From: Dehalococcoidia bacterium | Lineage (GTDB): Bacteria; Chloroflexota; Dehalococcoidia; SM23-28-2; RBG-16-64-32 | Length of the DNA: 64,000 nt | Reading direction: 5' to 3' | NCBI GenBank assembly: GCA_963665775.2 | Contig: CAXXTF010000002.1 | Location: forward strand, 1,107,231 to 1,171,230 | Shown here: piece after piece, positions 8,731-18,517 of the stretch | Layout of the letters: each line of letters begins with the position of its first letter | Position numbering within the stretch: position 1 is the stretch's first letter | Made by a program: the position numbers and the translations under genes | Notes under the pieces: generated by a model | Databases searched by the model: none | What the model was told of the DNA's origin: nothing | What the model saw: the letters and a program-made list of their open reading frames with translations, nothing else

Positions 8731-9498
8731 ATGAGGGGCATTCTGAGTAGGCGAGTACTGGTCTCATTGGGAGCAGTCGCGTTCGTCGTGGGGATAATCA
8801 TGACGGCGGTGGGAGTGCTCAGCGTCCTCGACTCCCCCGACAAGAGCGCGGCAAACCTAAGCCTACCCTCTGCAGCGACAGCAACCGCGACAGCGGCACC
8901 CGATACGACGCCCACACCCGCGGCGACCCTATCGGCTACGGTAACAGATACGCCATCGCCCACACCAGAGCCGACGCCGCCCCTGGGAGAGACGCCGTTC
9001 CGTATGGTTATCGAGAGCATCGGCGTGGACGCGCCGGTCGAGACGTACGGGCTGGACGCTAACGCGATACCCGAGGTGCCCACCGATTACAACAGCGACA
9101 ACCCCGCTGGCATCGTCGCCTGGTACAGCTTTTCGGGAGAGCCGGGAACGGGCGATAACGCCGTATTCTCCGGCCACGTGACCTGGTTCGGAAAGGCCGT
9201 GTTCTGGGACCTCAACAAGCTGGAAATTGGCGACACCATCAAGCTAAAGGGTGAGAACGGGGCAGAGCTGGTATACGCCGTGTCCGACAGCTTTCTGGTG
9301 GACCCCACCGATCCTGAGGCTGTCAGGGTGATGGACCACGCAACAGAGGACATCATCACCCTAATCACCTGCGACGGTGCGTTTGTCGACACCGGTGACC
9401 CCGTCTTCGGCGGCGAGTACTCGGACCGACGCGTAATCCGCGCCGAGCTGATGAGCATCACCGGGCCGGACACGCCGGCGGGGCCGTACGAGCCTTAA
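8731..9498 (+). CDS. sortase family transpeptidase (class E/F-like), membrane anchored
   Basis: N-terminal TM helix and a Pro/Thr/Ala linker. Catalytic His context is AVFSGHV, the TLxTC motif is IITLITCDG, and a conserved Arg is present (RRVIRAEL). Confidence 0.8.
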   Translation: MRGILSRRVLVSLGAVAFVVGIIMTAVGVLSVLDSPDKSAANLSLPSAATATATAAPDTTPTPAATLSATVTDTPSPTPEPTPPLGETPFRMVIESIGVDAPVETYGLDANAIPEVPTDYNSDNPAGIVAWYSFSGEPGTGDNAVFSGHVTWFGKAVFWDLNKLEIGDTIKLKGENGAELVYAVSDSFLVDPTDPEAVRVMDHATEDIITLITCDGAFVDTGDPVFGGEYSDRRVIRAELMSITGPDTPAGPYEP

Positions 9499-9568
9499 GG
9501 CGGCGGCTAGAATCCACTGAACTGCAACTCCTGCAGCTAGCCTTAATCCGCGCTCATCTGTAGCTGAT

Positions 9569-10384
9569 CTATCGCTGACACCGGGGGCAGAAGTGGGTGC
9601 TGCGGCCGCCCACCTTGACGCGCCGGATGGGGGTGCCGCAGTCGTAGCAGGGCTGGCTCGTGCGTCGGAAGACCCGCACGTGCAGCTGATGCATGCCCTC
9701 CCTTCCGGCGCTGTCCACGTAGTCGCGAAAGCTGGAGCCGCGGTTGCCCATCGCCTCGACCAACACCTGCCGGATAGCGGCATGGAGACGGTCGCTCGCC
9801 TGCCTGGAGAGGCCGCGGGCGGCGCGCCTGGGGTTGATCCTGGCGACGAACAGGGCCTCGTCGGCATAGATGTTGCCGATACCGGCGATCGCCGCCTGAT
9901 CGAGGAGGACAGACTTCACGGGAGCCGAGCGCCGCAGCAGCGGGCGCAACTCCTGGGGTCCGAACTCCTCGCCCAGCGGTTCGGGGCCGAGCTTACCGAC
10001 GACCATAGACTCGTCGTCCACCAGCCACATCATGCCCAACTTGCGCAGGTCCCGGTAGCAGAGCCAGCTACCGTCATCCAGGCGGAAGCGAGCGCGCAGG
10101 TGCAGGTCAGCGGGGCAGCCGGAGCTGCTGTACTGGAGGGAGCCGGTCATGCGCAGGTGGACGACCCAGACGAGGCCGCTGGCCAGGCGGAAGAGGAGGT
10201 ACTTGCCACGGCGGGCCACGTCATCGATGCGCTGGCCGGACAGGACGCGGCAGAGCTCTTCCGGCGGCAGAAGCTGGACCAGCTTGGGGGCGTCCGGCGA
10301 GACCCTGGCCTCCACGATCGTGCGGCCCAGGATGAGGGGCATTAGGTCCCGCCGAATCGTCTCGACTTCGGGGAGCTCAGGCAT
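9569..10384 (-). CDS. mutM: formamidopyrimidine-DNA glycosylase
   Basis: MPELPEVETIRRDL N-terminus and a C-terminal zinc finger (CYDCGTPI...HFCPRCQ). Confidence 0.9.
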   Translation of the reverse strand: MPELPEVETIRRDLMPLILGRTIVEARVSPDAPKLVQLLPPEELCRVLSGQRIDDVARRGKYLLFRLASGLVWVVHLRMTGSLQYSSSGCPADLHLRARFRLDDGSWLCYRDLRKLGMMWLVDDESMVVGKLGPEPLGEEFGPQELRPLLRRSAPVKSVLLDQAAIAGIGNIYADEALFVARINPRRAARGLSRQASDRLHAAIRQVLVEAMGNRGSSFRDYVDSAGREGMHQLHVRVFRRTSQPCYDCGTPIRRVKVGGRSTHFCPRCQR

Positions 10385-10439
10385 CTACGCTTTTCGGGCG
10401 ACGAAGTCGTCCTGCGCGTAGCCGCCGGAGGGGTCCACG

Positions 10440-13310
10440 CTACCCGCCCATCTCCTCGATGCCGGAGGGCTCTCCGTACTCCATCTCACCCCAGTTGCGG
10501 CCCACCTTTGTGTCCACCTTCAGGGGAACGAACATCTCCATCGACTTGGGCATTATGTCGAGGACGAGGGCGCGAATCTCCTCCAGCTCCTCCTGGGGGC
10601 ACTCGAAGATCAGCTCGTCGTGGACCTGGAGCGTCATGAGAGCGCGCATCTTGCGGCGCTCCATCTCGGCGTCGATGCGGCTCATGGCGATCTTGATGAT
10701 GTCGGCGGCCGTGCCCTGGACCGGCATGTTGATAGCCGCCCGCTCGGCGGCCTGGCGGACGTTGAAGTTGCCGGAGCTGATCTCAGGCAGGTAGCGACGG
10801 CGGCCGAACAGGGTCTCCGCGTAGCCCAGCTCGCGCACCCGCTGGACAGTCTCCTCCATATATCGCTTGATGCCGGGGTACTTTTCGAAGTAGGTACGGA
10901 TGAACTCGGCCGCCTCCTCGCGGGGGATGCGCTCGCGGGTGGAGAGGCCGTACTCGCTGAGGCCGTAGAGGACACCGAAGTTGAACACCTTGGCGCGGCG
11001 GCGCATGTCGGACGTGACCTCCTGGAGGGGGACGCTAAAGACATGGGAGGCGGTCGTGGCGTGGATGTCCTCGTCGCGGAGGAAGGCCTCAACGAGGCCG
11101 GGGTCCTGGGTTATGTGAGCCATGATGCGCAGCTCTACCTGGGAGTAGTCTGCGGAGAGGAGACGCGGATCGGGCCCGACATCACGGGCGACGAAAGCGC
11201 GGCGAATCTGGCTGCCCAGCTCGGTGCGGACGGGGATGTTCTGGAGGTTGGGGTTGCTGGAAGAGAGGCGCCCGGTGGCCGCCCCCGTCTGGTTGAAGTC
11301 GGTATGGAGGCGGCGAGTACGAGGGTGAACGAGGTCGGGAAGGGTATCCAGGTAGGTAGACTTGAGCTTGGTCAGCTCCCGGTACTCGTAGATGAAGTCG
11401 ACGATGTCGTGCAGGCCACGCAGGCCCTCCAGGGCCTGGGCATCGGTGCTGTAGGCGCCGCTCTTGAGATGACGGGTCTTGGGCAGGTGCAGCTCCTCGA
11501 AGAGGATGTGGCTGAGCTGCTGGGGCGAGCTCATGTTGAACTCGTGGCCGACGGAGCGGTAGATATCCTCCTCAATGCGGCGAACCTCCAGGGCAAGAGT
11601 CTCCGACATCTCCCGCAGCGCTCCCCTGTCGATGGCGACACCGTTCATCTCCATGCGGGCGAGGATGGAGACGAGCGGCATCTCGATCTCCTGAAACAGG
11701 CGGCGCATCCCCTTCTCCTCCAGCTCGGGCTCGAACAGGTCGCGGAGCCGGGCGGTCATGTCGGCGTCGGCGCAGGCGTAGCGGGCAGACGTCTCGATAT
11801 CGACCTGATCCATGGTAAGCTGCGTGCCCTTACGGCCGCTGCCCAGGAGGTCGGAGATCGGGGTCATCTCGACGCCCAGGCGGCTGGAGGCGAGCCACTT
11901 GAGGCCCAGGGCACCCTGGCCGGGGCGACCGCCGCCTTCGCCCAGGAGATAGGCGGCGATCATGGTGTCGAAGGCGACGCCACGGGGCCAGACGCCGTGT
12001 TGGGCCAGAACCACGATGTCGTACTTGAGGTTGTGGCCATCGAGGCGAACCTCCGGCTCCTCCAGGAGGGGGCCGAGGCGTCCCAGGACGGTGGAAAGCG
12101 GTAGCTGACCATCGCCGGCGTGGCCCACGGGCAGGTAGAACACCTCGCCGTCGCCGAGGCCGATGGAGATGCCCACGAGGTCGGCGCGCATGGCGTCGAT
12201 ATCCGTGGTCTCGGTGTCGAGGGCGAACCGCTTCTGCCCGGCGATGCGCCCGGCCAGCGCGTCCAGCGCTTCCTCCGTGCGGACGGTGGAGTAGCGCTCC
12301 TCCGGGGCGCCGGCGGAGGCGGGCATAGCCCGGGCGACCTCGCTGGCTGCCGCCCCTTCTGGCACGCGGGACGCGAGGCTGCGGAACTCCAGCTCCCTGA
12401 AGAAGTCTAGGAGGCGCTGGCGATCGTAGTGGGCGGCGACGTCCGCGCCATCAAGATCGAGCTGCACGGGCGCGTCCATGACGATGGTGGCTAGGAGCTT
12501 GCTCTGACGCAGTTGCTGCTCGCCGGCACGAATGGCGCCCTCGATCCTCGCCGGCTGCACGTCGTCGATCCGCTCCAGAATCGCCTCGACGCTGCCGAAC
12601 TCCTGGATCAGCCTGATGGCGGTCTTCTCGCCGACACCGGGCACGCCAGCGATGTTATCGGATGCATCACCCTTCAGGGCCTTGAGGTCTGGCATCTGGT
12701 TAGGCATGACGCCGTAGCGCTCAGCCACATCATCGTCGGTGAGGTAGAGCACGTAGTCGCGCTGATAAGGGCGGTACATCCAGAGTTGAACGCCGGGCCC
12801 GACGAGCTGGGCGATGTCCGAATCCAGGCTGACGAGGGTCGTGTCGACCCCTTGTTCCGCGGCCTGGCGGGAGAGGGTACCCAGGAGATCGTCGGCCTCG
12901 TAATCCGCCAGCTCGTAGATGGGGATGCCGAAGGCCTCGATGAGCTGGCGGCAGCGTCCCATCTGAGCACGGAGCTCGTCGGGCATGGGCGGGCGGTGAG
13001 CCTTGTAAGTCTCGGTGATCCGGTTGCGGAATGTGACCTCGCTAAGGTCCATGGCGACGGCGACGTGAGTGGGCTTCAGCTCCTGGAGGACGGAGAGGAG
13101 GGTGCCGGCGAAGCCATAGACGGCGGAGACCACTTCACCCGTACTCTTGACGGTGAGGGGCTGCGCCTTCTCAAAGGCGTGGAAGGCGCGGTGAATAAGG
13201 CCATGGCCGTCTATGAGTACGAGGCGGGCCTCAGCTTGGGGGCTCACGAGGCGATTATAGCACCGCGGGCGAAGCCGGCACTTCATCACCGCCGTCGCAG
13301 GCAGCGCCAA
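10440..13310 (-). CDS. polA: DNA polymerase I (5'-3' exonuclease, 3'-5' exonuclease-like and polymerase domains)
   Basis: LVLIDGHGLIHRAFHA (5' nuclease), FALDTETT, and Pol A motifs (LLSADYSQVELRIMAH, QVHDELIFE). The real start is probably the in-frame GTG at 13247 (VSPQAEARLVLIDG), not the ATG at 13310. Confidence 0.9.
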   Translation of the reverse strand: MALPATAVMKCRLRPRCYNRLVSPQAEARLVLIDGHGLIHRAFHAFEKAQPLTVKSTGEVVSAVYGFAGTLLSVLQELKPTHVAVAMDLSEVTFRNRITETYKAHRPPMPDELRAQMGRCRQLIEAFGIPIYELADYEADDLLGTLSRQAAEQGVDTTLVSLDSDIAQLVGPGVQLWMYRPYQRDYVLYLTDDDVAERYGVMPNQMPDLKALKGDASDNIAGVPGVGEKTAIRLIQEFGSVEAILERIDDVQPARIEGAIRAGEQQLRQSKLLATIVMDAPVQLDLDGADVAAHYDRQRLLDFFRELEFRSLASRVPEGAAASEVARAMPASAGAPEERYSTVRTEEALDALAGRIAGQKRFALDTETTDIDAMRADLVGISIGLGDGEVFYLPVGHAGDGQLPLSTVLGRLGPLLEEPEVRLDGHNLKYDIVVLAQHGVWPRGVAFDTMIAAYLLGEGGGRPGQGALGLKWLASSRLGVEMTPISDLLGSGRKGTQLTMDQVDIETSARYACADADMTARLRDLFEPELEEKGMRRLFQEIEMPLVSILARMEMNGVAIDRGALREMSETLALEVRRIEEDIYRSVGHEFNMSSPQQLSHILFEELHLPKTRHLKSGAYSTDAQALEGLRGLHDIVDFIYEYRELTKLKSTYLDTLPDLVHPRTRRLHTDFNQTGAATGRLSSSNPNLQNIPVRTELGSQIRRAFVARDVGPDPRLLSADYSQVELRIMAHITQDPGLVEAFLRDEDIHATTASHVFSVPLQEVTSDMRRRAKVFNFGVLYGLSEYGLSTRERIPREEAAEFIRTYFEKYPGIKRYMEETVQRVRELGYAETLFGRRRYLPEISSGNFNVRQAAERAAINMPVQGTAADIIKIAMSRIDAEMERRKMRALMTLQVHDELIFECPQEELEEIRALVLDIMPKSMEMFVPLKVDTKVGRNWGEMEYGEPSGIEEMGG

Positions 13311-13416
13311 GCGCCAGTAACATTACGACCGGCGCCAGAGCGAATAGTCGCATGGAAGCCGCTTTCACGTTGGCAGTATAACGCGGGGGCAGCGCCCGAG
13401 ATACGCTCCCCATTCG

Positions 13417-14322
13417 TTGACGGCAGCTCTGGAAAGACCTATCATCGGCTCAATCATGACAGACCTCACGTACGACAGCATCGAGGTGGGCAGCGAGTTC
13501 GGCCCCTGGCAGTACCCCCTACAAGAGCGTATCGCGCGGCACCTGGAGGCGGTGGAGAACAGCTTCTCCTGGCATCGGGAGAAGTCCCCCTGGGGCCCGC
13601 CCGTGGCTCCGCCGGCCATTCTCACGATCGCCACCCTGCGCTTCCTGGACTCGATCGGACCATTGCCGCCGGGCACCGTGCACGCCGAACAGGAGCTCGA
13701 GCTCATCTCTGTCCTGCGGCTGGACCGGCGCCTCGTCGGCTACGGGCGGTTCGTGGACAAGTACGCGGTAGAGGGACGCCGCTACGTCGTGTTCGAGGCA
13801 CGATACCGAGCCGAGACCGGCCTGATCATCGGCCACTCCCGCGCCAAGATCGCCTTCCCAGAGCAGGGGAAGGCGTCAGAGACGGGAAAAGAGAAAGAGG
13901 CAACGGGCCCGGGAGAGCTGCCCGCCATCTCACGAACGCTGACACAGGAGAGTATAACGGGCTACTCGGAGGACTCAGCCAGCGCCTTACGCGGGCAGTC
14001 GATCCACCTGCAGCCAGAGGTGGCGAAGGAGGCGGGCTACGGAGCGACGGTGGCCGAGGAGCTGATGTCCGCGGACTACATATCGGAGCTGATGACGGGC
14101 GTATTCGGACAGGGATGGCTGCTGACCGGCCGAATGTCGCTCGCCTTCGTGCGACCGGCCCTGTGCGGTGACACCCTGACGGCCAACGGTCGGGTGACGG
14201 AGCGGATCTACGAGGGATCCTTCACACGGCACGTTTACCAGGTGTGGTGCGAGAACCAGCGTGGAGAGATGGTGGCCGTGGGCACGGCCAGCGGCCTGCT
14301 GCCGAGCGCGGGCGAAAAGTAG
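13417..14322 (+). CDS. double hotdog-fold protein, MaoC/FAS1-like dehydratase family
   Basis: The C-terminal half resembles a MaoC hydratase (IHLQPEVAKEAGYGATVAEELMS) but lacks a clean D-x-N-P-x-H motif. The N-terminal half is hotdog-like. An alternative start is the ATG at 13456 (MTDLTYDSIEVG). Confidence 0.5.
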   Translation: MTAALERPIIGSIMTDLTYDSIEVGSEFGPWQYPLQERIARHLEAVENSFSWHREKSPWGPPVAPPAILTIATLRFLDSIGPLPPGTVHAEQELELISVLRLDRRLVGYGRFVDKYAVEGRRYVVFEARYRAETGLIIGHSRAKIAFPEQGKASETGKEKEATGPGELPAISRTLTQESITGYSEDSASALRGQSIHLQPEVAKEAGYGATVAEELMSADYISELMTGVFGQGWLLTGRMSLAFVRPALCGDTLTANGRVTERIYEGSFTRHVYQVWCENQRGEMVAVGTASGLLPSAGEK

Positions 14323-14493
14323 TCACTCCACCTTCGCCATTCGTGCTAGAATACGTGTCGCCCTCTCAACGGCAGTAGCCCACAATAGCGAGCACCGCCT
14401 GCTACCCCTGGGAACAGTTGAGCGCTCTTTCCCCCAGACTTGACCACACCATCGCACTCCTCCGTATCGGCAGTGCGAAACAGCAACTAGACG

Positions 14494-15762
14494 TTGAGTA
14501 GCCGAAGACAGGTCTTCTATGGATGGTGGCTGCTGGCCGGGTCGGTGGTTGCCATGGCCGTGGGAAGCGGGGTCTCCCTCTGGTCCTTTGGGCTGTACAT
14601 CGGCCCCCTGGAGGAAGAGTTCGGCTGGTCGCGAGCGGAGGTATCGCTGGGCTTTTCCGCCTCTTTACTCATCGGCGGCCTGTCCAGCCCATTTATCGGC
14701 AAATGGATTGACATCCGGGGCCCCAGGCTGGTGATCATTGTGGGTGCGGCCCTGACTGCTGCCTCCTACGGGCTCCTCGCCACCACGAGGGAACTCTGGC
14801 AGTGGTACGTCTTCCTATCGGTCAACGCCCTATTCCGGCAGATGATGTTCTTCATCCCCTTCCAGGCGCTGATCTCCCGCTGGTTTGAGCGCAAACGGGG
14901 CATTGCGCTGGGTATCCTGGGCACGGGGTTCTCCATGGGCGGCTTTGTGGTCGTGCCCGTGCTGCGGCTGATCATCGACAGCGCTGGTTGGGAGGCCGCC
15001 TTTATCGTCTCCGGCATCGTCATCGGCGCAGTGTTCGTGCCGCTGGGGCTGTTCCTCGTCCGCGACAGCCCGGCGGATGTGGGCGCCGCTCCCGACGGGG
15101 TGCTCCTCGCCAAGGATGAAGCTCCGCAACCTCAGACCCCGACCGGCCTGAGCCTGGGACAGGCGTTGCGGACGCCGCTCTTCTGGACACTGTCGGTAGC
15201 CCTGACGCTGTTTTTCTACGGTGTATTCGGTTGGATAGTGCACCAGGTGCCGTTCTATGAGTCGATCGGGCTCTCGCGGGGCGTGGCGGCGGCGCTCGTA
15301 TCCGCAGCGGCTGGCCTTGGCGTCCTCTCGCGACTGGCGTTCGGCCTGCTGGCGGACCGCATGCCACGCATCGAGAAGGCGGCAATGGGGCTGCTCGCCT
15401 TCCTCATCGCCGGGATGACCGTACTCCTCCTGAACTCGGGAGCGGCTGGCATCGTAGTCTTTATTATTTTCTGGGTCGTGGGCAGCAGCGGCGGCCCCCT
15501 GCTGGAGCCGCTGCTCATTACCCGCGCCTTCGGGTTGTCCCATTTCGGGGCGATCCTAGGAGCGTTCGTGGTGATCGAAACCGTCGGCTTCATCGCCAGT
15601 CCCACCATCGCCGCCGCCATCTTCGATGCGACCGGCTCATACGACCTCGTCCTGGCGATGTTCGCGGGAACCTTCGCAGCCTCAATCGCCCTCTTCTACC
15701 TGGCCGCGCGCCTGCCCTTTCCCTCGATTCCGCAGCCTGAGCCGGTTCCCGCCACCCCCTAG
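14494..15762 (+). CDS. MFS transporter (oxalate/formate antiporter- or monocarboxylate-transporter-like)
   Basis: The 422-aa ORF has about 12 hydrophobic segments, an N-terminal YGWWLL...G.G region and a mid-protein loop. The subfamily assignment is by resemblance only. Confidence 0.65.
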   Translation: MSSRRQVFYGWWLLAGSVVAMAVGSGVSLWSFGLYIGPLEEEFGWSRAEVSLGFSASLLIGGLSSPFIGKWIDIRGPRLVIIVGAALTAASYGLLATTRELWQWYVFLSVNALFRQMMFFIPFQALISRWFERKRGIALGILGTGFSMGGFVVVPVLRLIIDSAGWEAAFIVSGIVIGAVFVPLGLFLVRDSPADVGAAPDGVLLAKDEAPQPQTPTGLSLGQALRTPLFWTLSVALTLFFYGVFGWIVHQVPFYESIGLSRGVAAALVSAAAGLGVLSRLAFGLLADRMPRIEKAAMGLLAFLIAGMTVLLLNSGAAGIVVFIIFWVVGSSGGPLLEPLLITRAFGLSHFGAILGAFVVIETVGFIASPTIAAAIFDATGSYDLVLAMFAGTFAASIALFYLAARLPFPSIPQPEPVPATP

Positions 15763-15930
15763 CCCCGCCACTCCCGTAGCCCTCGTCCAGCCAGGGCGCG
15801 CAAGCCAGGACCCGGCTGTTCGTTCATGCTTCGCCCCCTTGCTAACCGGTCGATCATAAATTGACAACGATTATACTTCTGGTGCGATGGCGCAGCGAAC
15901 TCCACATTCGACCGCTGCTATAATGCTCTC

Positions 15931-16383
15931 GTGACCACCATCTCCGAATACGGGGAGCACTTCCGGGAGGCCTTCGCCGCCCTTCACGGAGGCCGTCCCG
16001 ATGACCCTGAGGGCGCTGTCGAGCGCGAGCCGGCTGAGTCGTTGGAGGAGTTCCTGACGCGCAGCCGCGGTGAAGCGCTGGGCGGGCTTCAGAGGCGGCT
16101 AACGGCCCTGGCGCCTCCACCGCCGCTGCGCAAGGCCCACGACGTCCTGGTACGCCTCCTGGAAAGCTCCGAGGAGGCGGACGCCGCCCTGACGGCACAG
16201 GTGGCGGCGTACCGCTGCGACCAGTTCCAGGAGAGCATCGCTCACTCCGACCGGCTGCACAGCCTCGTGGCGGAGAGCGCGCGGCTGGACCGGGAGCTGA
16301 TCCTGGCGCTACAGGAGGCAGAGTCGAACCGCAGTGGCACCCTGGCCGAACTGGGGCTGGCCGATATTGTATCGCCCTCCTGA
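15931..16383 (+). CDS. hypothetical protein
   Basis: The 150-aa ORF has a GTG start lying 6 nt after a TATAAT box and no SD, so it may be leaderless. I recognised no motif. Confidence 0.4.
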   Translation: MTTISEYGEHFREAFAALHGGRPDDPEGAVEREPAESLEEFLTRSRGEALGGLQRRLTALAPPPPLRKAHDVLVRLLESSEEADAALTAQVAAYRCDQFQESIAHSDRLHSLVAESARLDRELILALQEAESNRSGTLAELGLADIVSPS

Positions 16384-16459
16384 ATGCACTAGCATTGCGG
16401 CGTAGCGGTACGGAGCCCGCCACGAGCGCTCGGAGTTTTAACCAGCAGGGAGTGATCTC

Positions 16460-18103
16460 ATGGCCCTAGTTGACGGCGGCGACCTGGTCGTTCGCGCCAT
16501 CAAGCAGGAAGGCGTGGACACCATCTTCACCCTCTGCGGCGGACACGTCCAGGCGGTCTACGACGCCTGCCTGGACGAGAACGTCCGCGTCATCGACGTC
16601 CGGCACGAGCAGGCAGCGGGCCACGCCGCCGAAGGCTGGTCGCGGGCGACGCGGGGCTGCGGCGTGGCGGTGCTGACCGCCGGCCCCGGCGTCACCGACA
16701 CCGTCACGGCCATCGCCAACGCCTACCAGAACCGCTCGCCTATGCTCGTCATCGCCGGCCGCAGCCCCCTCTCACGATTCGAGATGGGGGCGCTGCAGGA
16801 GATGGATCAGGTGGAGCTGGTGCGGCCCATCACCAAATGGGCCCGCTGTGTCTATGAGACGGCGCGGATCCCGGAATACATCGCCGCCGGATTCCGGGCC
16901 GCCCTCACGGGCCGCCGGGGCCCGGCCTTTCTGGAGATCCCCGTAGACATCCTGTTCCGCAAGGTTAACGAGGATGATGTCTATTTCCCGGCCAGCTACC
17001 GGCCGCAGGGCCTGATCTATCCAGACCCGAAGGCGATCGGGCGGGCGGCGGAAGCGCTATCGAAAGCGGAACGACCGGTCGTGGTGGCCGGCTCGGAGGT
17101 CTACTGGCAGGAGGCCCACGAAGAGCTGCGCCGGCTCGTGGAGCTTACACGGACCCCCGTCTACTTGAACGCTATGGGTAGAGGCTCCCTGAGTCAGGAG
17201 CACCCTCTCTTCTTCAGCCGCAGTCGGCGGCGTGCCCTGAGCGAGGCGGACGCCATCGTTATTATCGGGACCCAGATGGACTTTCGATTGGGCTACGGCA
17301 AGCGGTTCAACCCGGGGGCGACGACGGTGCAGATCGACGCCGACCCCCAGCAGCTGGCCCGAAACCGGGACATAGACGTGCCCATCGAGGCGGACACCAA
17401 GCCCTCCCTGGAGGCGCTAGCAGGGAAATTGGCCGGTTACAGCTCCGACCACCAGGAATGGCTGACCAGCCTCCGTAACGAGGAAGAGAAGGCCCGCGCC
17501 CAAACGGAGGAGTGGATGAACTCGGAGCGGGTGCCCATCCACCCCCTCCGGCTCTGTCGCGACATCGCCGAGTTCGTGGATGAGAACACGATAGTGGTCG
17601 GGGACGGAGGCGACATCGTGACCCTGGCGGCGCGGGTGTTGCCTATCAATCAGCCGGGGCAGTGGTACGACCCCGGCCCCATGGGGACGCTGGGGGTGGG
17701 GACCGGCTTCTGCATGGCCATCCACAGCGTCCACCCGCAGAAGCGCATCCTCATGGTGAACGGGGACGGGACCTTCGGGCTCAACGGCTTCGAATTCGAC
17801 ACCTTCGTCCGGTTAAACATGCCCATAGTCTCCGTCGTGGGAAACGACCAGCAGTGGGGGAACATCGCCGTGGGCCAGCGGATGATGTACGGCAAAGAGC
17901 GGATGGTATCTACAACCCTCAGCGATAACGCCCGCTACGATAGGGTGGTCGAGGCGCTGGGCGGCCACGGCGAGTTCGTTACCGAGCCAGACCAGATTCG
18001 GCCGGCCATCGAGAGAGCCTTCGCCTCCGGGAAGCCAGCCTGCGTCAACGTGATCATGGACCCGGAGCCGCCGGGAATCATGGGCGGCACCGACATCATG
18101 TAA
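16460..18103 (+). CDS. thiamine-diphosphate-dependent enzyme (oxalyl-CoA decarboxylase / 2-hydroxyacyl-CoA lyase / acetolactate synthase-like)
   Basis: RHEQAAGHAAEGWSRATR, TAGPGVTDT, GALQEMDQVELVRPITKW and the ThDP motif GDGTFGLNG...NDQQWG. A DQ after the QE is more Oxc/HACL-like than IlvB-like (resemblance only). Confidence 0.7.
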   Translation: MALVDGGDLVVRAIKQEGVDTIFTLCGGHVQAVYDACLDENVRVIDVRHEQAAGHAAEGWSRATRGCGVAVLTAGPGVTDTVTAIANAYQNRSPMLVIAGRSPLSRFEMGALQEMDQVELVRPITKWARCVYETARIPEYIAAGFRAALTGRRGPAFLEIPVDILFRKVNEDDVYFPASYRPQGLIYPDPKAIGRAAEALSKAERPVVVAGSEVYWQEAHEELRRLVELTRTPVYLNAMGRGSLSQEHPLFFSRSRRRALSEADAIVIIGTQMDFRLGYGKRFNPGATTVQIDADPQQLARNRDIDVPIEADTKPSLEALAGKLAGYSSDHQEWLTSLRNEEEKARAQTEEWMNSERVPIHPLRLCRDIAEFVDENTIVVGDGGDIVTLAARVLPINQPGQWYDPGPMGTLGVGTGFCMAIHSVHPQKRILMVNGDGTFGLNGFEFDTFVRLNMPIVSVVGNDQQWGNIAVGQRMMYGKERMVSTTLSDNARYDRVVEALGGHGEFVTEPDQIRPAIERAFASGKPACVNVIMDPEPPGIMGGTDIM

Positions 18104-18217
18104 CGGGGTCAGCCGCGGACTGAGACAGATGATCACAGACCAGATTTAATCTGAGCCTATCTGTGCCCATCTGTGACCCAAATGAAGGGGCCTGGTCGCT
18201 GCGCTATACTATATCCC

Positions 18218-18517
18218 ATGCAGGCGGGAGAGCGGCGACCAGGCGAGGGCGACGTTTCCGGACCCACCCGTGGTGACTTCACCGACTGGGATAATCCAGA
18301 GGACGAGTGGGAGGAAGCCGCAGACGAGTACGATGACGACGAAGCGTACGGAGAGATGGATCCTGACGACCCGGACTACGACCTTTCGGAATCGGCCGGA
18401 TACGCCGACCGGGAGCCGCCGAAGGGCCGGCCCTTCTTGCCGGAATGGTTCATAGTGGCCGTATCGCTGCTGCTGGTCCTGGCCCTGGTGCTACCCGCTC
18501 TGCGGCTGCTGAGCTGA
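18218..18517 (+). CDS. hypothetical acidic protein with a C-terminal TM helix
   Basis: MQAGERRPGEG..., a D/E-rich middle, and WFIVAVSLLLVLALVLPAL at the C-terminus. The ATG at 18218 lies 7 nt after a TATACT box. The listed ORF begins at 18173. Confidence 0.4.
   Translation: MQAGERRPGEGDVSGPTRGDFTDWDNPEDEWEEAADEYDDDEAYGEMDPDDPDYDLSESAGYADREPPKGRPFLPEWFIVAVSLLLVLALVLPALRLLS

Noticed and set aside
10620-14171. 494-aa (10620..12104) and 552-aa (12513..14171) plus-strand ORFs opposite polA
   Set aside because: Both are antisense to polA. The second also runs out of frame through the MaoC-like gene. Neither has motifs, and their Arg/Gly/Ala richness indicates artefacts.
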